The translations under genes and the position numbers were made by a program. 64,000 nt of DNA from Selaginella moellendorffii (lineage: Eukaryota > Plantae > Lycopodiophyta). The notes beneath the pieces were generated by a model. It saw nothing but the letters and a program-made list of their open reading frames with translations. It was not told where the DNA came from and made no database searches. The first letter of the stretch is position 1. The number at the start of each line of letters is the position of its first letter. The stretch is from positions 571,379 to 635,378 of the forward strand of contig NW_003314324.1 of the NCBI RefSeq assembly GCF_000143415.4, read 5' to 3'. This document shows positions 58,625-64,000 of the stretch, one piece after another.

Positions 58625-60844
58625 ATGTCTAGAACAAGTATGTCTTTCCTTGTTGTTTTGACAGTTTCACTGCTCGCCCACCACACCACCGCAGCGTCCT
58701 GCAACAGTGAAGATGAAAAGGCATTGCTGGCTTTCAAGGACGCCGACCAAGATCGAAGCAAGCTACTTACCACTTGGAGCCCGCAATCCAGTTGCTGCGA
58801 GTGGTCTGGTATCAAATGCGATGGAGCTAGCGGCCGGGTGAGCGAGCTCAAGCTGGAGTCCCTGGGATTAACAGGTACGCTGTCTCCGGAGCTGGGAAGC
58901 CTCTCCCACCTCCGTACGCTCAACGTCCACGGCAATAGCATGGACGGTCCGATACCTTCCACCTTTGGTAAGCTACTTCGGCTGGAGGTTCTCGACTTGG
59001 GCACCAACTTCTTCTCCGGAGCACTGCCAGCGTCGCTTGCTCAGCTCGCATCCACGCTGCAAACGCTGGATCTGTCAGGTTACAGATTCGAAGGACCGTT
59101 TCCATCGGTTATTGGAAAACTTACCAGCTTGAGGAAGCTCATCCTGGAAAGAGCTGATGCGTCTGCCGGCAGCATTCCTTCGTTCCTCGCCAGCCTCGAG
59201 AATCTCACCATCTTAAATCTCCAAGGAAGCTGGTTCACGGGCTCCATTCCTTCGTCCTTGAGTAAACTCAAAAATCTTCAAACGCTCGATCTCTCGGACG
59301 GCCTCCGGCTCACAGGGTCCATACCGGCGTTTCTCGGCGGCCTTCAAAACCTGGAGTATCTCGACTTGAGTGGTACCAAGTTTTCTGGTTCCATTCCTCC
59401 ATCTCTCGGCAACCTCCCCAAGCTGCGTTTCCTGGACATCTCCAACACGCTCGTCAGCAGCAGTATACCTGTTGAGATTGGCAAGCTTACCAGCTTGGAA
59501 ACTCTGAGAATCTCCGGCACCAAAGCCGCTGGACGAATCCCCGACACGCTTGGGAACCTGAAGAAGCTCAAAGTGTTGGAGCTGTCTCAAAATGCAGGTA
59601 TGCGTGGTCCCATCCCCAGCTCCTTCGGCCAGCTCTCTTCCCTGGAAGAGCTTTCGGTCTCCAGCACTGGGCTTACGGGACAAATACCGAGCTCTCTCGG
59701 CCAACTTAGCAGACTTGTCAAGCTCGACGTTACGTCCAACTCATTGAGCGGCAGCATTCCCGAATCTTTGGGACTTCTGTCCAGTCTTGAAGTCTTTTGG
59801 GCCTCCGAAAACCTGCTGTCCGGGCGAGTTCCAGAGGGATTTGCTCGAGGCCTCAAAAATCTCACAGTCCTCCAGCTTTCGATGAACAACCTCACTGGAC
59901 TCCCCACCAACATGGCCAAGCTCGTCAATTTGAACGCTGTCTACTTAGACAACAACGATATCAGAAGCTTTGACGCCATCTCTGGACTGGCAACACTCCC
60001 GGAGCTCTCAACCATCTCTCTCAGTCGCTGCAAACTCCAAGGACCGATACCTTCCTGGTTTGCAAACCTCAACCTCAAGCAACAGCCCCTAGGATCTTCG
60101 TGTCTCATCGACCTCTCCTTCAACTCCATCACCGGAACTATACCCGCTGCTCTCGGACGGAACTCCAACCTCACAAATCTCTTCCTCCAATCCAACAAAC
60201 TCCAAGGAAAACTCCCAGACAGCTTTGGAAAAACTCTCCCCAGGCTGACTTACTCGGACTTTAGCTCCAACTTTCTCACGGGAGTACCGGCGGACCTGTC
60301 CAACTTGGGAAAAGGAGTGCTCTACTCGCTTGGATTGGAGCACAACAATCTCAGCTTCCAGGCTCTCGAGGGACTGACCACACTCTCCCAAGTCTCCTTC
60401 CTCACTCTCGACCATTCCCACCTCACAGGAGCCATCCCAAGCTGGTTCTCCAAGATCCGGATGATCCAAGACGACTCCGACAGCGTCGCAGTACTGAGGC
60501 TGAGCTCCAACATCATCACTGGAAGAATTCCACCGGAGCTCGGCCAGCTGACCCAAGTCACGGGGCTCTACCTGGACGACAACGCGATCGCGGGCGAGAT
60601 CCCGCGCAGCCTCGCCAACCTCACGAGCCTGCAGAGGATGAATCTCGCCCAGAATCGCTTGACAGGCAAGATTCCAGTGGAATTCCTGGCGCTCAAGCGC
60701 CTGCGCTACTTGAACGTCTCCCACAACCAGCTCACTGGCGCCATACCTGATGGAGCGCCGCTGAGCACCATGGATCCGGAGAACTTCGCCGGCAATCCGG
60801 GGCTCTGCGGCAAGCCCCTGTCTCCATGCCCCACGAAACCCTAG
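58625..60844 (+). CDS. Secreted extracellular LRR protein (no transmembrane or kinase domain)
   Basis: Signal peptide, LRRNT cap (CNSEDEKALLAFK..CCEWSGIKCD), more than 20 plant-specific LRRs (LxxLxLxxNxxxGxIP), C-terminal cap FAGNPGLCGKPLSPC, then stop; intronless. Confidence 0.95.
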   Translation: MSRTSMSFLVVLTVSLLAHHTTAASCNSEDEKALLAFKDADQDRSKLLTTWSPQSSCCEWSGIKCDGASGRVSELKLESLGLTGTLSPELGSLSHLRTLNVHGNSMDGPIPSTFGKLLRLEVLDLGTNFFSGALPASLAQLASTLQTLDLSGYRFEGPFPSVIGKLTSLRKLILERADASAGSIPSFLASLENLTILNLQGSWFTGSIPSSLSKLKNLQTLDLSDGLRLTGSIPAFLGGLQNLEYLDLSGTKFSGSIPPSLGNLPKLRFLDISNTLVSSSIPVEIGKLTSLETLRISGTKAAGRIPDTLGNLKKLKVLELSQNAGMRGPIPSSFGQLSSLEELSVSSTGLTGQIPSSLGQLSRLVKLDVTSNSLSGSIPESLGLLSSLEVFWASENLLSGRVPEGFARGLKNLTVLQLSMNNLTGLPTNMAKLVNLNAVYLDNNDIRSFDAISGLATLPELSTISLSRCKLQGPIPSWFANLNLKQQPLGSSCLIDLSFNSITGTIPAALGRNSNLTNLFLQSNKLQGKLPDSFGKTLPRLTYSDFSSNFLTGVPADLSNLGKGVLYSLGLEHNNLSFQALEGLTTLSQVSFLTLDHSHLTGAIPSWFSKIRMIQDDSDSVAVLRLSSNIITGRIPPELGQLTQVTGLYLDDNAIAGEIPRSLANLTSLQRMNLAQNRLTGKIPVEFLALKRLRYLNVSHNQLTGAIPDGAPLSTMDPENFAGNPGLCGKPLSPCPTKP

Positions 60845-61487
60845 CTAGAGCTCTAAATGCGTAGAATATCCTCAAATTTGAAATTTTACGGCAGAAAAAA
60901 GAATATTTCTTCCGTGAGGATGGAGATCCAGTCTACATCACACATTCTTGAATGGCTACTTTCTTTAATCAAAGCTGGAGATGCCGACCATCACCTTTAC
61001 CATGGAAAAGAAAGAAGAGAGAAAGATCGAGCCTAGAAGAACAGTGAGTGGATGCGTTCAATCCATTCCTTCCAATCCATCCATCTCTTGGATCGATCGC
61101 CAGAGGCTCTGGAAGAATCTAAAGCCAATTTCGATCGAGCGAAAGAAAGAAACCCAGGATCGCTAGAAAATCTCCATCTCCGCCTGGGCGATTCAATTTC
61201 TTCCACGCCCCGGCGAGGAGAAATCGAGATCCTCGGCCATCGCCAACACCGAGATTGGCAGCCGCCGCGGCGACTCAAGTAGGTGAGTGATCGCCATTAA
61301 AGTTCCTCTCGCAATTAAAACCTCCATCCAAGAACAAGAAAACCAAGAAAAAGAAGAATCATGGACGATCATCATCCCTGCCATTCCCTCGATCGCCAGC
61401 AATCCAGGCAAGATCACGCACTTGGGTCGTAGCTAGAGTGGCTAGATTCCCCGCCCGGGGCCGAAAGATCGATCCAGGAGCGCCAAA

Positions 61488-64000
61488 ATGCGCGAGGTTT
61501 CTCGCTGGCTGGCAGTGAATGCCGCGATCATGTGGCTCTACATTGGAACTGGGAAGCTGTCGGATACGCTATCTGTGGTGAGAGCGCAGGCATCGCCCAT
61601 CTGGGCGCCGTCGGGATTGATGGTAGCGCTGGTTTTGATCGTGGGCTACAACATTTGGGCGGGATTGCTGCTGGGAACGCTGGGGATCAATGTCTGGTAC
61701 TTCCATGGGCGGCGGCCGCGAGCTTACTTGCCGGCGTCTTGCGGCTGCGCGATCTTCTCCACGCTCGAGGCCATGACTTGTGGATGGCTGCTCAATCATC
61801 CGCCCCAGATCAACAATAGCAAGATGTGCTTCCAAGTCCAGGTAGAGCGCGTTTGCTTGCTTCCTTCGTCGTTCTCCCTGGTAAACTTCGCGCTGAATCA
61901 TCCATGGCTTTCTTTGTTTGGTTTTTTCCTTGTTCTTGGATTTTTTTCCACCGCCGTAAGTTTGGATAGATCTTTTCGTCGTTAGATTCTTTCTTGTTCT
62001 ACCTTTCGATAGATGGTGTTTCTCGATCGTGGGCTTTCAGCTTGGATTCATCCATGAGTTTAGATTTCTTTCTCTTTCATTCGCGGAGCTCTTCTCTCCC
62101 GTTTTTTTTTTTTTCTTACTTCTGTGAATCGATAAATCCTCTTCATTGATGATTTTTTCCTTCTCAAGTTCGTGCTTTCTTCTTCTGGGACTTGATTTGA
62201 CGTATGCATGCGCAAAAAAAACTCATCTTTTTTCCTTCCAGGAAGCGAGGAAAGGTGCACGGACCGTAGACACTCTTCACGACGCTCTTTGGTTCTTCAG
62301 CGTGGCCCCGTTCGTCAGCTTCGTTTTTGGAACCGGCAACGCGCTCTCTTTGTCCGTGTTTGGATTGGCCGAGTGGAGCGAGTTTCTGGAAATCTGGCCA
62401 ACTTGGGTGTTGGGCGATCTCTCCGCGATCCTGTGTTACACTCCCTGCGTCCTCCACCTCTGGAACCTCTTCGTTCCAGGGACGTCGCCGATCCACTGGG
62501 GACGCAGCAGAAGCTATGCCTCGCAATTCTGGAAAATGTATGGGAGCAAGCGATTCCAGGAGAGCCACCAACACTCCATCCAAATTCCCGACGAGGGTGG
62601 TGATCGAGAAACCAAAGCAGCCGAGAGGCGTGGAGTCACTGGGAAGCTCTTGGATTTGCTGAGAATCAAAGACAAGCTAGTCGACGATGGAAACATCACC
62701 ACCGCCACCACCTCCGCAAACGATGCGAGGATATCATCTGTGACGAGCGAAATGGAGAGCGCTCCACCGGAGAGTTACTTGCGACTTCGATCGTTATCGA
62801 CGACGTCCAAGCCTCAGCCACTCCCATCGCTCATCCTCTCGAGAGCTCCCGACGCTCGCTCCATCCGGAAGTGCATCGTCCGGACAGGAGAGTGCATCGC
62901 CTTGTTCGTCTTGCTCATCGTTTTGTCGCTCGTCATCTTCTTCAACTTTGGCGTTGGCGATTTGAGCTTCGTCCAGAGGCTGTCATACTTGGTTTTCCCG
63001 GTGGTGATCTGGGCCTCGTTTCGATTCAATCGCATTGGGCTTCCTCTGGCCGTGCTGGTCGTGGCAGTGATCGCGAGCGCTGGCACTGCCAAGCATCGAG
63101 GACCTCTTTATCGTAAGAACAACAACCATTCTTTGCTCCAGGTGTAGTGAAAACAGGTTTTCTCTTCTTTCCAAGTTCTGCTTCCTTTGATGATCCTTTG
63201 TTCTTACTCTGGTTCTTTCAGGTGCAAATGTTCGTTTGCGTATTGGCAATAGTAGCTATTACTCTTGCTGCGATAGTTCACGATCGCAAGCAAATGGAAG
63301 GAGAACTTAACGAGATGAATTCCACTCTCGAGCTACAGGTAGTAGCAAGCTTGTCTAGTCGATGTCTTATGACTTCTCCGCAGGTTCAAGCACGAACTAA
63401 CGAGCTGGAGCTCGCAAACAAAGAGCTCCAAGAATCACAAGCCGCGGCAGAAGAAGCAAGCCGCGCGAAGTCGGAGTTTCTGGCCAACATGAGTCACGAA
63501 ATCAGGTAGAACATTTCAAGTTTCTCGTTCTTCCTACCCGACTTTAGTTCGTCAACTCAAGCTTTTGAATCGCAGGACACCGATTCATGCGATAATTGGA
63601 ATGGCCTCGTTGGCTTTGGACACGAATCTCACGGAAGAACAACGTGAACATCTGGACACGGTCGCACAGTCGGCCGACTCGCTCCTCCACATTGTCAACA
63701 CCATTCTCGACCTTGCCAAGATCGAGGCTGGCCGTTTGGAGCTAGAACACGTCCCCTTTAACGTCTGTGACTTGCTCAGCTCCACCATGAAAATGCTTCA
63801 AGTAAGAGCATGGATCCTCTTATCATCTCGGCATAGTTTTCTAGCTTTCGAGTGAAAGATAATTTCTTGAGTTTTCTTCCAGGTCAGTGCCAGGCAAAAG
63901 GACTTGGATATGTCGTGGGAGGTCTCGGCTGAAGTTCCACAGCAACTTATCGGTGACGCTGGGCGGCTCCAGCAGTGTATCTTAAATCTTGGTGAGTATC
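61488..64000 (+). CDS. Sensor histidine kinase with N-terminal MASE1 membrane domain (5' part; continues beyond window)
   Basis: MASE1-type WAPSGLMVALVL..WAGLLLG, WVLGDLSAILCYTP, FPVVIWASFRF..TAKHRGP; coiled coil; H-box AKSEFLANMSHEIR|TPIHAIIG, ILDLAKIEAG, GDAGRLQQCILNL. Confidence 0.92.

Overview
Eukaryotic nuclear DNA from a gene-dense, non-seed land plant. It is most consistent with the lycophyte Selaginella; this is an inference from 45-90 nt introns, PLS-class PPR genes and cilia genes alongside TMO5, LIN and PIF homologues. 1-5 kb is AT-rich Ty3/gypsy debris around an intronless secreted mannose-binding (GNA/bulb-type) lectin ORF. 5.2-20.6 kb is a direct tandem duplication carrying two 11-exon trehalase genes; the second unit is interrupted by a 4,368-bp Helitron whose empty site is visible in the first. 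Next come ERdj3B (with an ERSE-II element), a glyoxalase/VOC gene and tRNA-Ser(AGA). An AT-rich island then holds a four-donor chimeric pseudogene (DnaJ + RING + LRR + pTAC5 pieces, two with homologues in this window). The gene-dense remainder contains an RFI2-like RING E3, a SIRT5-type sirtuin, a TMO5-like bHLH, two head-to-head PPR genes, a PIF-like bHLH, CFAP298, a LIN/CERBERUS U-box-WD40 gene, an uncharacterised coiled-coil gene, a CML, a PPR pseudogene, tRNA-Ser(GCT), a secreted LRR-only protein and the 5' part of a MASE1-domain histidine kinase. I found no single clear multi-gene novel system. The best leads are the chimeric pseudogene, the lectin with an unknown N-terminal domain, the MASE1 kinase and the SIRT5. 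Gene spans include introns and were spliced by eye; three N-gaps (3997-4096, 4943-5127, 6289-6388) limit certainty at the left end.
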